A DNA stretch of 64,000 nt, from positions 1,280,001 to 1,344,000 of the forward strand of contig CAXXWC010000021.1 in NCBI GenBank assembly GCA_963668645.2. Reading direction: 5' to 3'. Source of the stretch: Desulfobacterales bacterium. Lineage in GTDB: Bacteria; Desulfobacterota; Desulfobacteria; Desulfobacterales; UBA2174. Shown one piece after another: positions 63,401 through 64,000 of the stretch. The notes under the pieces are model-generated. The model saw nothing but the letters and a program-made list of their open reading frames with translations, ran no database searches and was not told where the DNA came from. How positions within the stretch are numbered: the stretch's first letter is position 1; every line of letters begins with the position of its first letter. Position numbers and translations under genes: made by a program.

Positions 63401-63999
63401 ACGAGGGTGCTGCCGCTGGTCGAGGCAAAGCGGACCTCGAGGTATCCCATCGCGTTGAGGATTGCCACATCGACCCGGCTCTGGCCCACCGGATCGACCA
63501 GGCTCGCGGTGGTCCCGGTGACGATGAACTTTTCCACCGTTGCCAGGTTGGCACGCCCGGCAGTATCCGACCACGTCCCGGCGGCAAAGGACACGGTCAC
63601 CTCACCCGGTACGAACACGAAGCTGTCGGGCAGTGTGTAACGGTAAACCCCGTTCACCAAGGTTCCCGGACCGGCAACATCCAACGTGCTGCCGTCTGCA
63701 CCGGTCAGGGTAAAAACGATATCGCCGTCAGCAAGAGTCGTTTCGTCCACCGCGCTGCCGGGACTCGGCAGGTAGCGCACCGAGATGTACTTGTTGCCGT
63801 TGATCGTGTTCACATCGATGGTGCCGCCGTTCTCCGGCCCGGCCAGTATAGCGCTCGTGTCTCTCAGGCTGAAGGACGCCGAAGCGGCAATATTGTACTG
63901 CGACGCAGTATCGGCAAAACTGCCCTCGATCACATCCACCGTAACTTCACCGGGGGCGAAAGCACCGGTGAAATGGTAGCGGAAGACACCGTCCGAAAT
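27436..63999 (-). CDS. giant repetitive surface/adhesin-like protein, at least 12,187 aa (5' end outside the window)
   Basis: Single stop-free frame. Upstream of the ORF-track start it continues ISDGVFRYHFTGAFAPGEVTV, matching the N-terminal repeat. Haemagglutinin-like beta-helix repeats, RTX-like GGxGxD motifs, crystallin and FN3-like domains. Confidence 0.93.
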   Translation of the reverse strand: MSDGVFRYHFTGAFAPGEVTVDVIEGSFADTASQYNIAASASFSLRDTSAILAGPENGGTIDVNTINGNKYISVRYLPSPGSAVDETTLADGDIVFTLTGADGSTLDVAGPGTLVNGVYRYTLPDSFVFVPGEVTVSFAAGTWSDTAGRANLATVEKFIVTGTTASLVDPVGQSRVDVAILNAMGYLEVRFASTSGSTLVEEAITGAAADTLIFTISMAGEAFEIRGPPAESLGNGVFRYALPTGIVFTPGEVTIEFAPGTILDAAGYTNLAQIETFLVTGPVADVVDSSGDAVDLLDGSIYGLSRINGAQYIDIRFKSTTGNALDAGSITDAFPEFALTGSAVNDVTIINDLLIDPDAVQDLGGGIFRYKFTGTFVPGELTVEFFAGSWQDQDADGNPGYTNIAETETISLRAPTATLTDPGEEGMADRATMDDRGYILITFNDLTGLGLDESSILDSDPEFRFNSVDNPNTVEIENAAAGIVLTGVVEKVEGSENTYKYYYSGSFAEGLVDVSFIAGSYADLQGNTNQGGSHKFRIIDQAESVRFIIEGFVELNAGGFTPDYDGDGVADPLIALEGRVELSIDIIRDQATQEIQKARFLLDVNATLKLFYLGNIGSAAGRFVLSIGETPDDDASASSIFGTNKLQFWGVLKLETNLEKLREIGIEADAEVLLQVNATSEEKTEVIFLEGIKGDVLFSIEDNGISDELPQDLDPKNFLTVLPESVRSAFSANGIQIPETATFSVQGVESGKRWKIYVNQGDVQTQYFIDKSGDQLIFYGEAQTFVLSPYTFALSLAGALKFKIPPIEEDSEELFRMSGVFHMQISTSRAEMFAKADLTLGPESRPILEFDALGLIIVNFEDPGFAGRINLSLKAGMEGILEFDAEFDLYINATVSGNAQEFRVPDLFLDPAKGYLDQKFIDSLEFGTGDLLFSTTDSDGTIKAALNESTSEDGSTVSGSVPAALRSVFTANGQPLRSNVSVRQIFKDSRWEIDDGTNRYVVETDAGNAAHLHIYEAETTSTGDGAYVMVPRGPPQLDGTLGSAGPYVVIQGAGRLTIASVFKMEGAFRFELSMDKLELQISATMRLGIEDDPLFFFQAIGYLEIDWDSGVVGLLSLEARTGSLLTDIGFDLEAEAKLEINSTGEDKDALILLGPGETTTVTIPANTFRIGFDGDFVFRPGEVELFRLSGVFYLEVTGEALTVFADANLYVGPPEARLFTFDALGLMVFRWDGNFAIKLDLSGEIGLGDVFRFECAFKFMMNTSGEEIVFEVPETYRETVGYDSVTIFAGPPGPGGDEGEAGFYIVIEGDGRLSLLDDLLVMEGMFYFSISEEGVEIFVSASAEIVILGTVTVSGYLDINDEGLVGNLAMDLAGGFGTDLFSFSGTFRMAINTRSTEATIYRLQIDPETGRVSDELKQETIAASTLLIEGGGELNINDSFIIKGAFYLKLGSEGFEVTFNAYMELGGFGRAGVKGGAGIYSDGALVIDLALEVGTLDIPMVTIEGDFYFQINTGSVERLGVAPNSFLIRIYAEVSIGLFTGIGDLSMSYTDGVFEIAINELTINFFNFIDIHIDGYFRSNGQFRVHGSVDISVNMYIVKLRAGMSVTLSNEGFAASVYGSLDISLDFGLFEINKTLAGFRGEIELTTVRAYLSAEVTVVGISIGFSKSWSWVGPPQIATKIGDTVYLSMGNESGRYGPDVYDEIVNPAYVIRPKYNSGTGAVIQDTVIISALGETVEFSGVKKIVARGGDGKDSIVVQPGVTATLDFDGGAGEDTFIILSGSPDSIIRGGLENDTFFGGTTPGIHYEGGGGSDEFTGGEAGAVIDMGSGTNTITLSSGDNQIRVADSPDTLITLGAGNDTISVDLSGYLKLIGGSGGTGVLILDDIDSSQPIELLQNRMVYGDRRVDFDGGLDRIEINDTAAATALRLVSGADESWGSTSLKLTTPGLLDVSEATLNAPGGHFNLQAVGVQGVLNTELGTLTLVNTGAGDYADIVVREADSLVIRDGGRTNGGLYTPGGYIDVELAAPEALFSLESGVMATGSGGAIRLIADDVDFISGADHVRGTGELIIRTQSLAQGYRIGGAAQSRFGVDYSTAGSTGFMELGMGDLSALADGFTWITLGHRNENAVQVIIGDVRDATVGLFDFTAQLRDPLLLLGDRVTVAGDVVSSELLQIQAYVMEVQRTSISDPMGPAASGITGQETYITLDEQLVVSGWLRGQDLLDIHVNGSTGTGALVFQGISPNSITAGAGSEISVQNDGATLTIETSHSIYSGAAIFAGRSDTDGNPLSGVGAVITVQAGTGISLTEGALVAARNDDASVTLSAPEYLHVDSGASVTVGARFEYTGASPTPVQTGENTTLVLSTEGEMRLSGAVTAAGGMTLDYGTTVDDYAEYFDTIPGVVLVSGSSDLYEAIAAGQVSQALLDLLVSAGLDIDGANAGLTGVSSYTPFASLSDAAKAQIAESLGFAVYTDGGFYNPAADAERRFLAELEVGSSIFYLSQDVTWGSAGAPVAGTSFSELTLAQKQAVAAHLGYLVYQGTVLINLDAAPGQQVVTTLIQGESADYDNAQVSWGGVAAPAAGTAFENLTVAQKLVVAAYLGYKVDLLFYKEGEGLADSFEEGIDYTNAEIDWSVCGAPAAEAAFGDLTALQRLTVAQQLGYTLEGSLEFYNYAALPGRQMVTTFTEGLVTDYSNDDIYWGDAGTPAAGTGFDGLTAAQQRVVAHALGYEVYEGLTFVKLDAPTGQQITDTFSEGRAADVDYRLIDWGGVPAPEENASFEDLTLAQRILVAESLGYVLYAGAVFYNPNMDPTQGEMPVRTSFVQGDDENADYSNLDISWGDAGDPGEDTAFADLTPAQQERVLDHLGYRIFSGQVWYNPDATEAYRLRLTFEQGEGGDYLNSDINWQEVAQPDWGTPFDELTAEQRFRVLEETGYDQYSTTVFYNADLAPERALRTTFVAGVDYANDAPGAGGEENRWLLSDGINTYLVYALDQENDGVVDEIQIQSLPELFGQRGYGFLLTGTLTTLQDGLGLTVSGADDIIIRGNINLLGEDADLWLQSDRWIYWEGNANITGDITLLGGVDSNGYAPESAPDGGANAEGISVYVHATSTLNTLRGGTAIRIVGGQDVVLNGRLVAGALIGEQGPQFFGDGDSTVEVVAGQQIYLDTAIAAAKSVTLATTGLPGADDNGLAVIVTSAAGITVPGITSDGSGGTILIDAVGNVQIIGVLTAGGEVIQVFEDGNLVSETIEWLADPGIIEVNALGQVYIGGMAPTESGGEVEIGGTLRANQQIELNGGANSDGIGINLPGGARLATSGDDSRIVITAAQDAEIYGLLVAGGEIVDHYDSRGNYLGSTIAYGSGASEIIVQAERQIRLGRELYAGALIDLRGGKGSLDENQPYADQGIVIGGTVSLRTGLEDSVINLSSSGNLSVLAPAWTQQLLADGFAEFAAGDLSADITLRIEIDLGTHVVRGDVVLARTATAANNGLDDLMESLQAAIEATAFSVVESPTGTPAMGSTQHLTGEEIQIRLNNGRLMLTGAYEIKLLAAGSVGADRLGFSQLDEGDAVSSRPYAIYAGEPGSVVNFGKEGAVNGDVTISGWVVGYDAINLYGGLKADGTPNMNLTASGVFETRSGSIVLTPTGIAVLEGTLIARGDNADIIIITGDTLELRGDLIANRDIIVLAGEQTIAGQVSILAAGTGRMISEGTSGRIILSGQNDVVINNQIGIDREDQRNPGITLVEIVSQQGTLLIDSSAKIDTAGQVNLYGQDVVLRGWIISGRLTASQLDYEVLVVAERDLMFSGNYEIAGSVLLSAGGQFEIFNTRLQISGASQGLVIEAGQDLLIGTVDPVAGQASVRPVVLQADGLVKMTADGNIRLGADALVYTSGAGSSIVLRAVDLRLAGTLHAGASYDADSGDVQWTATGANLDLQADGLIEIGGQALDESLNLVAAGAVLQGSGEVRLRSGQNTSGIGVTIGPVSAVRVDATGNGAFAAAEPGVILIGSDGEISIHGIVNGVDAGALAAIESLTRVTVDGLVRAAAGVSVVAGSYSGGPSLIVTEVTLDGNGDRLYGGTLDTDPGGLLYLRSTGDILIAGVVGQVDTDNSEVAHTGSIDIASSAGEVTITGLVDARDDVSVIASSITMTLGSHVFALEPNSSAFLRSWERMDICGEITDEDAIIKGDILVHLASPVIWVDGILKTEQADSRILVNAGSELRVAGLVQSAGDVELNAGVDLSLSRAELEGEISVDDLASIGLIRVVNQGVVMADGELRVKSGGDVVLDADADVTGDRQVIVPVIETIEEEIEVVVGYQEVAVGTIKVPQVSYVTTTVTEQVGTERVKVGEEYYRFDVVLEQIGYYNPNASDGAKFREYLIEGVDYHNFLVNWADAGTESNPDQAATAVNYSYILGQYKNANYKTFTQLNAAQRQAVLNYTGYMPLYQMKYSGTIRDENNAVVESGDNKVVLERTLNGQVSRELVTPEWAGNEELVFHVDVAGWRDKYVLMPSGAQEDILRVVSQGESRFLYNDSTMDGENTGAWYTIDSAPTDAVRGEWVGRYQDYADVKYTQDKSVWNYNDGVNYDDYDDSDGRWSVSYNSGSGYRTYDLASRSIFDIRYDPEWQWAYSMTQKTDPVSSNVRSSSRGSSSYVYIPNTFYAELVSGTQSLTQFDRWSAGSRRVGWGPDDGSVNFYQHSDYSGTVTHATGFDSWVGKSVNDTWSAVRIYTGYTYKLEAYEHINYGGWTAGWVAGTRWYGKFDSGGWGDAISSYKVWGYKNETFYNYAYDWVSTWHDIYDDRIELSYEVTTQAQDIYDFRPVYETSEREVMVITFEDVTVWETVPVTETQYVQHTALSERVIPLLGSDYGGESLFATEITIESGGATSLSGLVKASGNLSIFTGAGLQVRAITYTEDNVEKSLMSLLAAGGDLSLNAGSNIQIIDAAEITGTNISFDAGAVAIVNGNIGSGASEEQDDEIVTETITLSAGGNARIGGAWTAVQSIEIASGQGTSSFGGITTLVTAEGNDEAADLDLLVTGDTGTISFTAGQYGGSITLASITAGTRATLKAEVSVSFLAKDGRVLHEDGVIVTDRIDALAGSDITLNTRMAATELESLGAGNIIVNNKGELELERVVAFDGRILVTNIGSLIARELETKGESSRNVIQLDVLRTNGAVELLAGMLTTGGRGDVIFNVDGGISRLAGGLVSEDDWLITADELNISAVGGLALHTQVNRLVLDIQQQGDVEIIQGDRNLHVDESFISDGSLIIDAAGDVTLVDVRIGSNKAGNDIVVTAAGSITAGSAVAGVYLVLIDGTENVQISAKGSDAGDDRTIDLTGVAVVVGGQYRLSIGPDVIRYTAAAGDDLAAIANALAVKIDNYTAFTASADGNVITIGEGAGTLDITAFGQVSSAGVIDLTAGGLIQRTVGSENINMVADHLKLTAGLGIFDLQVAVNRLTATTTAGDITVSDRDGAFERTAGLLVIEATTAKAAPGAAGSTVSIQAEGNLLVGETGADIHAELRANTIRLTSVNGNIQLDNPDPSDEPLDYDRGVAFVAGGVVDLYRFFTATELMEYRAGDYFLFGAKAFDAVLINTKDVGDANYDRTIDLTDATVVVGVQYRLTIGTLDFSYTAAAGDNRADIAAELAALIDADTAFSASAAGTVITISAGAGTFDIEAEAEPTRTVPGDLSADTIIIDSGALLSINGTISAKDLIELRSARDVFLIGTIQAKVGSTTVGRLIVEARGELPVVSWVDTNEDGILQTESRDSGFVNINLTQLPVERLDIRADKDIFLRVGPVDPEALDPPVSNLSFQGFVGGLVGFNPAENIELDVANGALILTGGIVSAQQTLDVSASSISLDGASVFIAHVLNIQSTQSVLANTLADILRVASTVTGNIVINEADDLQVISARAQDGRLEISTGRELAVFDARTIVDKEGNDVVLIASGRLYIGYAEAGVAAGAEKQYASVITDSPISTEELKTPQRDADGKLVLNTDGYPILENQYNNTNTDIWGYTVTLRGPIDFDPVVLRSATDAGVDKGLEIRTTYTESGDTPGLIRLETQVSLETLQTDGGAITTTTTVLDQEAGEDRKQESEVVFLSELRDDYTYTVTVNGTAYAVRIGDTVNGSAVTGTWASVLGALKYLIENGQDITVTVVEAFSKLHLQAEVDNVPFTLTAGVIQILTEEVDGVQDGYDNPDPTAGVTQPQIDTITFGNTLLTGYIYTVIVNGHAYAVRSGTNYNLIVGGLAATAAVRLEVFARQDAAVTNSRSYSPNYLRKVDISGVSVDAAATYTLTLGSNSFVAVLDADPTIEEIAASLAGLVNGDTSYTATSSGSLISITDGAGQVAISFTATGGTVTGLDTVEYYTEHRIVLDSLELLEKGIYTVTIGGNAYSYGPRNNETRAQIVSGLVAAINSGGLYSAQVLNDTRISVVTVASTGGYDTPSISVTATSIQPVTDFGLIWASPTGVTNQWVVYFSDVLAPATINLSDITYRLWLGSNSFDYTCQPSNTLAQVLAGLETAIDANSAAPEATDQVVTVSATWASLLGQLVTEIENGEAITVTADPANRTLTLAAEVDNTAFTIDAVVSDITAFTGNGFVPEQPATSGQPQRSVIDFASTANRDAIFTVVVNGVAYSVAGSNLIDSTSQPSLVLSGTDSDTELSVSGTVTFPTTLNSGQIIQLSVNGVLYKVQTGSGGQYGVPVSNNWTSVLTKLRDLIVGDFNSDLDVTFNATARTLTIATKNNKAELYVSDVAIREVQLRAFSTVLSELRSAIQTGSGLTVTADTTAGTLTLQGANNTPFKVNAAYVSRGGAVQELVESQAAGFLRKQVSTIIFKAAAFINAEPTTVGANFTVVIGGTEYTVSTGDVVNGQSVTRDAEKVLSALAYLIEAGEDITVTVDTGALKLTLTADDYNAPFSVESVRVLDEQHPAVSGAVNEDAGTPVVPAGGSQPQISRVVFDGDDPEEGILYRVRINDTTYSAQVGQDGVTGSWDSLLNRLKTLIDAGDVVTASVSGTTLTLTADASNTPFSLLALAENTALSSGDEALHPTGDYLVILPYRTAGPFGVIAERNLSVVALPVFSGDNIVLGSDHGDVVVVSEMNVGSGTVMVTAPEGSIALGGKVTANQLTLISLNDLTVVTEVIDLNVTMTSDGNLTIEQTGDLVISSLVMAGGDVRLVVDGDVTISDFTGFGGNLTILATGSITINSTAEMTSTTLVAQGGGVSGSLNTDTLDLQAAGAVNLINQGALLVERLFTGGAGIFLTTSGNLTINTALSVIASAAIELIAGSGGSLIIAEAITSGTGPVTITAAGAISMLPAASIDSETGAVTLDAGAALTMDADTFIRAGAGSITMDAGGDLTVGKLRTTSSTDLVLTAGGALIDAGNSDTDIVAPNAILVITAANGIADSGQIEVEVAGIDLQNTASGGISMLNYGDLNIYRVVNNGDGTTSLSTVDGNIELLAAYHGIEAATGQVTLYAGDGQVVIGKIITTTGGGVSVFAEQGDITLIDGIRVGGDLEGEIRLYAPEGAIINDSDAVDWLLAGDDFDPAIDWALRNGKVSVNPSNGEILVSGLDEPYMGLENSDVLREADGPYLQTDGLLTLYARDEIGQNVEGFLYSPLALVVDAAEIRVSSNERSTVAILTTGVSKIIASDGVGTGSRGGATGVANLSGDQTIIDAPVDAGGEDIILSGDQLLISDTIRSADSTLTIRALDPSQPIFLGGGGSGSDLFLDYDAIGNLADGFGEIIIGSNETSAPIVIAGDSTVEFQDSLTLMTPSEGGQIAINQELVVNGNFVTFGSGFTTTIAANITSTGDITQNDSLIIVGDPTLTAGSGSGTGNITLGTPDADHFLDGDSEGDNRLTLTADGDVIINAEVGHDNPLSGLTINAAGNVTFYEDVRINGDLIINATGTVIFMGNLTLGEGGSLIINGAAVVDFDDESEIVLSGTAEGVPGDMWIEANTINLPTAAAQIQGEGTVTLRPTDPGRTINVASPFDDTGDVLSITLDELKQFSATFDLIVIGHEDNGHADADAGLVRIGGDDSSQLTFLNNVTIYGGQIVVEDFSDPARYLVTTHSLKLYAVGAITFYNQMWVKNAQLLLDSAEGRVRQMNAAETDGVDDEVLRANAIDARASNGIILPWAYVDFLKAANSGSSGDIEINVVAQSGALRVDRLIQEDAGGAGQIRLTTEDGDIKISDTGGGVSVAGRGSVVLIAGGAGRKIYAGAGISTTTGDITLSADGTITLNGKIEAAETGSIDLTSGSADILQNADILTAGGNIKAQAAGDIVMHQASKTRAVGTVTATGSVTYVAGGSIHLSLIESGGEVALTAETGTLVNVLAASALNIDAGLVDASLSLLTLQAAAGIGTGTKAIEIRVEELTAQNTVSGGIFILERDGLTIGQNGVTAEGSDGQIVLTVAEGNLVVESNVITSGVVGHILLTTLAGGINLRNTVQSDNGSISIIAAADLLMSESAQVTVLGLGGAGQTIDMEAGGDLLMNTGAGLNSNSLNDGNQRLQAGGNVQVGRLTAGSGLVSIVAQNGAIVYAGLPTTNIVADSLRLYAKAGIGTSTSPLHTSVALIAAESASGSIFIQETNGLTIGEIAPVTVKRVGSSGSTSLFNNGDATLAGLKVHANGAIVVHGGTKSNGNLTVNAAVSAVGTGNVRLQAIKGSLFLHAALNAGSGHVTLLAKGDIEQGAAGDITTSETGTIDMESTGTVGKIVMDENAMTKTAGGNIRYKASGTITLGVLDTRAVVSANWGAVSVTSTGGSILNNAGNTLVNIYAKELRLSAKPTGSAGVGASEKHLKIEVTLLSVAAGTGGIYITETNGITIGSTAVITVKRVDTDGAISADVSDATQNHLISGGALVLVSTTGHLVSQAGSGEISATGNILLETTDAAGDITLSEALNSTIGHISIEAGRDLIQNANITASGAVNSIDIHAGRHITMAAGTSTASAGGDIRLEAGGDIALRTVSAGAGDVALIAGATGSISDADNTAAVDVTAGRLILEAGIGIGTGANAIDIQVTTLSGAAGSAGFFVIEPDGLSIEPVTVDVARVGRNGMTTWGSKTREDLITTANGAIVVTVENGDLVIQGGTVTPDLGVQALGLGNVRLQAVAGDVDLNTGLDGGGGHVTLLASGDLDQAAAGDIFTTGTGGIDVQADGVIRMADGAAATAVNGNIRYLTPNTLSIGRLATGGNVSLKAASITDSGANGNKDLDVAANQLRIETTGAVGESQRHLTTNVGHLSARAGEPGFFVTDLTGLSVSQTAAIGVYRVSTDGKTGALQADLTQSGLVSSGTLVLVANSGTLSSEPIWGEIGAAGNILLQSAGVDGDIKLGADLSSAHGNISVIAGRDLLQGADILALFASKTIDILAGRHITMAPGAVVSSNDGDIVLHAGEDLELGVIAAGTAAVALVAGEGGIVDAADSTAVNVTAGSLILEAGAGIGTGENAIDTAVTILTAAAGSGGIFVVESDGLTVDAVTVDVGRVSQDGTTFSLDRMLEDLTSTSNGALVLTVVAGDLVVEGGMVTPDLGIKAAGSGNVRLEAAGDIQLKAALDASSGHVSVLAGGGVNQGVAGDISTTGSGSVDVQAGAAIGMADGAASTAVNGNIRYAAVGALSVGRLATGGNISLKAATITDSGASDNTDVDVSAVQLRIESSGAVGEPQRHLTTDVARLSARAGTAGFFVTDKTGLIVGQTAAIAVKRVAADGSSGSNVSDAAQGKLISSGPLVLVATTGSLIIEAVNGMISAPGDILVTTVDAAADLKLSATISSTGGDISLNAGRDLLQNANITVSGSGRSIDISAGRHITMGTGTVTGSAGGDIRLEAGGSVALRKVNAGQGDVAVLAGAGGSISDAAADTAVNITAGGLILQAGAGIGTGTNAIDTSVSRLAAAASSGGLFVIESDGLTVDAVTVAIERVDQSGTTGEVAQTLEDLASTANGALVLTVSAGDLTVNGGTLTPELGVAAPGSGNVRLEAVGGSVALNAGLDAGSGHVSVMAGGDIVQGLGGDIVTAGSGTIDILASHDIAMSAGTRITSAGGDIRLEAGGSVALRTIDAGQGDVAVLAGAGGSISDAAADTAVNITAGGLILKAGVGIGTGNNGIDTSVSKLAAATGSGGLFVIESAGLIVDTVTVAIERVGQSGTTGEVAQTVEDLTSTANGALVVTVSAGDLTVNGGTLKPELGVAAPGSGNVRLEAAGGSVVLNGGLDAGSGHVSVLASGDIDQGASGNITTTGDGTVDVQAGNAIRMADGAAATAVNGNIRYAAAGAISLGSLSTGAGVSLKAASITDSGAAGNTDLDVAANQLRIESAGAVGESNRHLTTDVARLSARAGAAGLFVTDTTGLAVGQTSAITVKRVGTDGLSLSDQSDWEQSDLVSGGAVVLVATNGHLVAEAGSGAISAAGNVLLQTVNATGDVILSVSLASSTGHISIVAGRDLLQNANITASGSGKTIDLLAGRNITMATGTVTASADGSICLEAGGSVALRTIDAGQGDVAVLAGAGGSISDAAADTAVNITAGGLILEAGVGIGTSANAIDTSVSRLAAAASSGGLFVIESDGLTVDAVTVAVERVGQNGTTGEVAQTIEDLTSAANGALVLTVSAGDLTVNGGTLTPELGVAAPGSGHVRLEAAGGSVALNAGLDAGSGHVTVLASGDIDQGTSGDIVTTGDGTVDVQAGNAIRMADGAAATAVNGNIRYAAAGAISLGSLSTGAGVSLKAASITDSGAAGNTDLDVATNQLRIESAGAVGESNRHLTTDVARLSARAGAAGLFVTDTTGLVVGQTSTIAVKRVGVNGTDLSDQRDAAQSNLVSGGAVVLVASSGHLVAEAGSGAISTAGNVLLQTVDADGDIALSAKLSSTDGDISIVAGRDLLQNANITASGSGKTIDLLAGRNITMATGTVTASADGSICLEAGGSVALRTIDAGQGDVAVLAGAGGSISDAAADTAVNITAGGLILEAGVGIGTSANAIDTLVSRLAAAASSGGLFVIESDGLTVDAVTVAVERVGQNGTTGEVAQTIEDLTSAANGALVLTVSAGDLTVNGGTLTPELGVAAPGSGNVRLEAVGGSVALNAGLDAGSGHVTVLASGDIDQGASGDIVTTGEGTVDVQAGNAIRMADGATTTAVNGNIRYAAAGALNLGSLSTGASVSLKAASITDSGTAGNTDLDVAANQLRIESAGAVGESGRHLMTDVARLSGRAGAAGFFLTGVSGLTVDETGQITVHRVEPDGTKGADLTDATQSQLVSGGAVVLIAATGQLTVEAGSAGIEAGDSIWLMAADAAGDISLYGALNSTGGSISLDAGRDIFQNAAITVNTDDSGIDVFAGRDIQMAPDAATAAVDGDIRYQAGGSLTLGSISTNKNASLTATSGSILDTADDTVDVQADTLFMLAGIGIGTAGDPIETTATTLSAQANYGGIFILETDNLVLDDGGVTSSGGDVMIRAAGSILINAPVSTGGGDMEIDAAGGTLVMAGGIVNRSFGGAISMFAMGDIVIQGVDSQGGDVLLQSQNGGSVYFDQLLAAGATVTINAEGRIEGSAGDTQIDVQARRLVWTAVAGIGTTGAIDTSAAVIDLTTAEGDIRIANQLAETTTILNASSGHGDIVLSQTGGGALIVEAAETLDGNITVSVAGADLSVAALTAGGEGDAYLVTLVEGSVTLGDVTAAGNLIVTTENGAIGTEGQVGTGSSGSILWSAGGANGQISLAGTLWTQGGHVSVIGRQNIVIDGEIDSAGGTIDIESVAGTVAISEDARISSQGGNIRIWAKVDAEIAAIFADGGAVSVTADTGSIESAASSGVDAVGAGTLRLSAGQGIGEGTALRVNAAILAALAVSGDVVLISPHGLTVAVAGGDEAPIVVNRLRPDSKVDFLVESALTGIRTEGGEIRVEVLEGDLTIAEPVDAGSGGPILLQAQFGKVVRDAAVAAAGNIAIVEGVNLTLEWQEAAGALGYEVEILLDGSVYDTSMVEDGTVWTGELNVGDFQITVTPYDEQGPGSPSATVTFSIEQRLIVHSPAGAVENRPLTFGWEQVEGAWMYQVRIEKAGQIIDTQWVRGKMTYTTDYILAAGTYQWKVLSYGTSGFGLSSPLASFTVAPVSAITVHIPASLPSYTQPLALAWDAIHEAKWYQVQVSRNETPLMSTWVSTSEGEQWVADTLLPWGVYQWSVDYWTLEEHGTVSAENDFFLFS
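27439..28195 (-). other. three C-terminal fibronectin-III/Ig-like domains of the giant protein
   Basis: LTLEWQEAAGALGYEVEI, LTFGWEQVEGAWMYQVRI, LALAWDAIHEAKWYQVQV, each followed by L..G.Y.W.V-like strands. Confidence 0.7.
30430..34520 (-). repeat. near-identical intragenic tandem repeats with 1302-bp and 660-bp periods
   Basis: TCCGGCAGATTCGATCCGCA at 30451, 31753 and 33055 (period 1302); blocks at 33421 and 34081 are near-identical (660). Diverged copies extend to about 37240. Confidence 0.92.
49681..49936 (-). other. beta/gamma-crystallin domain within the giant protein
   Basis: VNFYQHSDYSG..NDTWSAVRI..AYEHINYGG..GDAISSYKV: two Greek-key motifs. Confidence 0.75.
55100..56646 (-). repeat. 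eight tandem ~67-aa protein repeats of unknown family
   Basis: Consensus F.dLT.AQ+..VA..LGY.vY.g..FYN..a.....t.F.eG...DY.N.dI.W....P...t. Confidence 0.85.
58420..58765 (-). repeat. RTX-like Ca-binding glycine/aspartate repeats
   Basis: GGDGKDSI, GGAGEDTF, GGLENDTF, GGGGSDEF, GSGTNTI, GAGNDTI. Confidence 0.7.
62385..63999 (-). repeat. four complete plus one partial ~125-aa Ig-like repeats
   Basis: Recurrent YI.V.F....G..LD..SI....G.FRY...F.PGEVTV.F.AGSW.D..G.TN pattern, continuing to the window edge. Confidence 0.75.
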
Positions 64000-64000
64000 C

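Noticed and set aside
63937..63939. ORF-track start of the giant protein
   Set aside because: Internal GTG; the frame stays open to the window end and continues the same repeat.

Overview
GC-rich bacterial DNA; gene content (HydBC-like Fe-S module, CGGC protein, sigma-54 promoter, dockerin-like C-terminal tail) suggests an anaerobic deltaproteobacterium such as Desulfobacterota, which is an inference. The left ~27 kb is a patchwork of metabolic and regulatory genes: a partial MFS transporter, an alpha/beta hydrolase, a NuoE/NuoF/NuoG-N-like flavin/Fe-S trio with no catalytic subunit plus a CBS-ACT protein, a two-component system upstream of an HtrA/DegP protease, a class II aldolase, a PfkB kinase, an inositol-monophosphatase-family gene broken by an exact 59-bp tandem duplication, hisC, a ModF-like ABC ATPase, a DHA2 exporter, a serine hydrolase, an FGE-fold protein, a ferredoxin-nitroreductase, a CGGC protein, a hybrid kinase and a J-domain protein. 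An uncalled 51-aa acidic peptide ending in seven consecutive cysteines sits at 19805-19960 with its own RBS and terminator. The right 36.5 kb is one uninterrupted minus-strand ORF (at least 12,187 aa, still open at the window edge) encoding a giant surface/adhesin-like protein. It has nested domain-inside-domain insertions, an unrecognised ~67-aa repeat, a long amphipathic beta-meander, a beta/gamma-crystallin domain at the tip of a putative beta-ribbon stalk, and recent 1302/660-bp DNA duplications. It is followed by a secreted beta-propeller with a dockerin-like tail. No rRNA, tRNA, CRISPR array or transposase was recognised.
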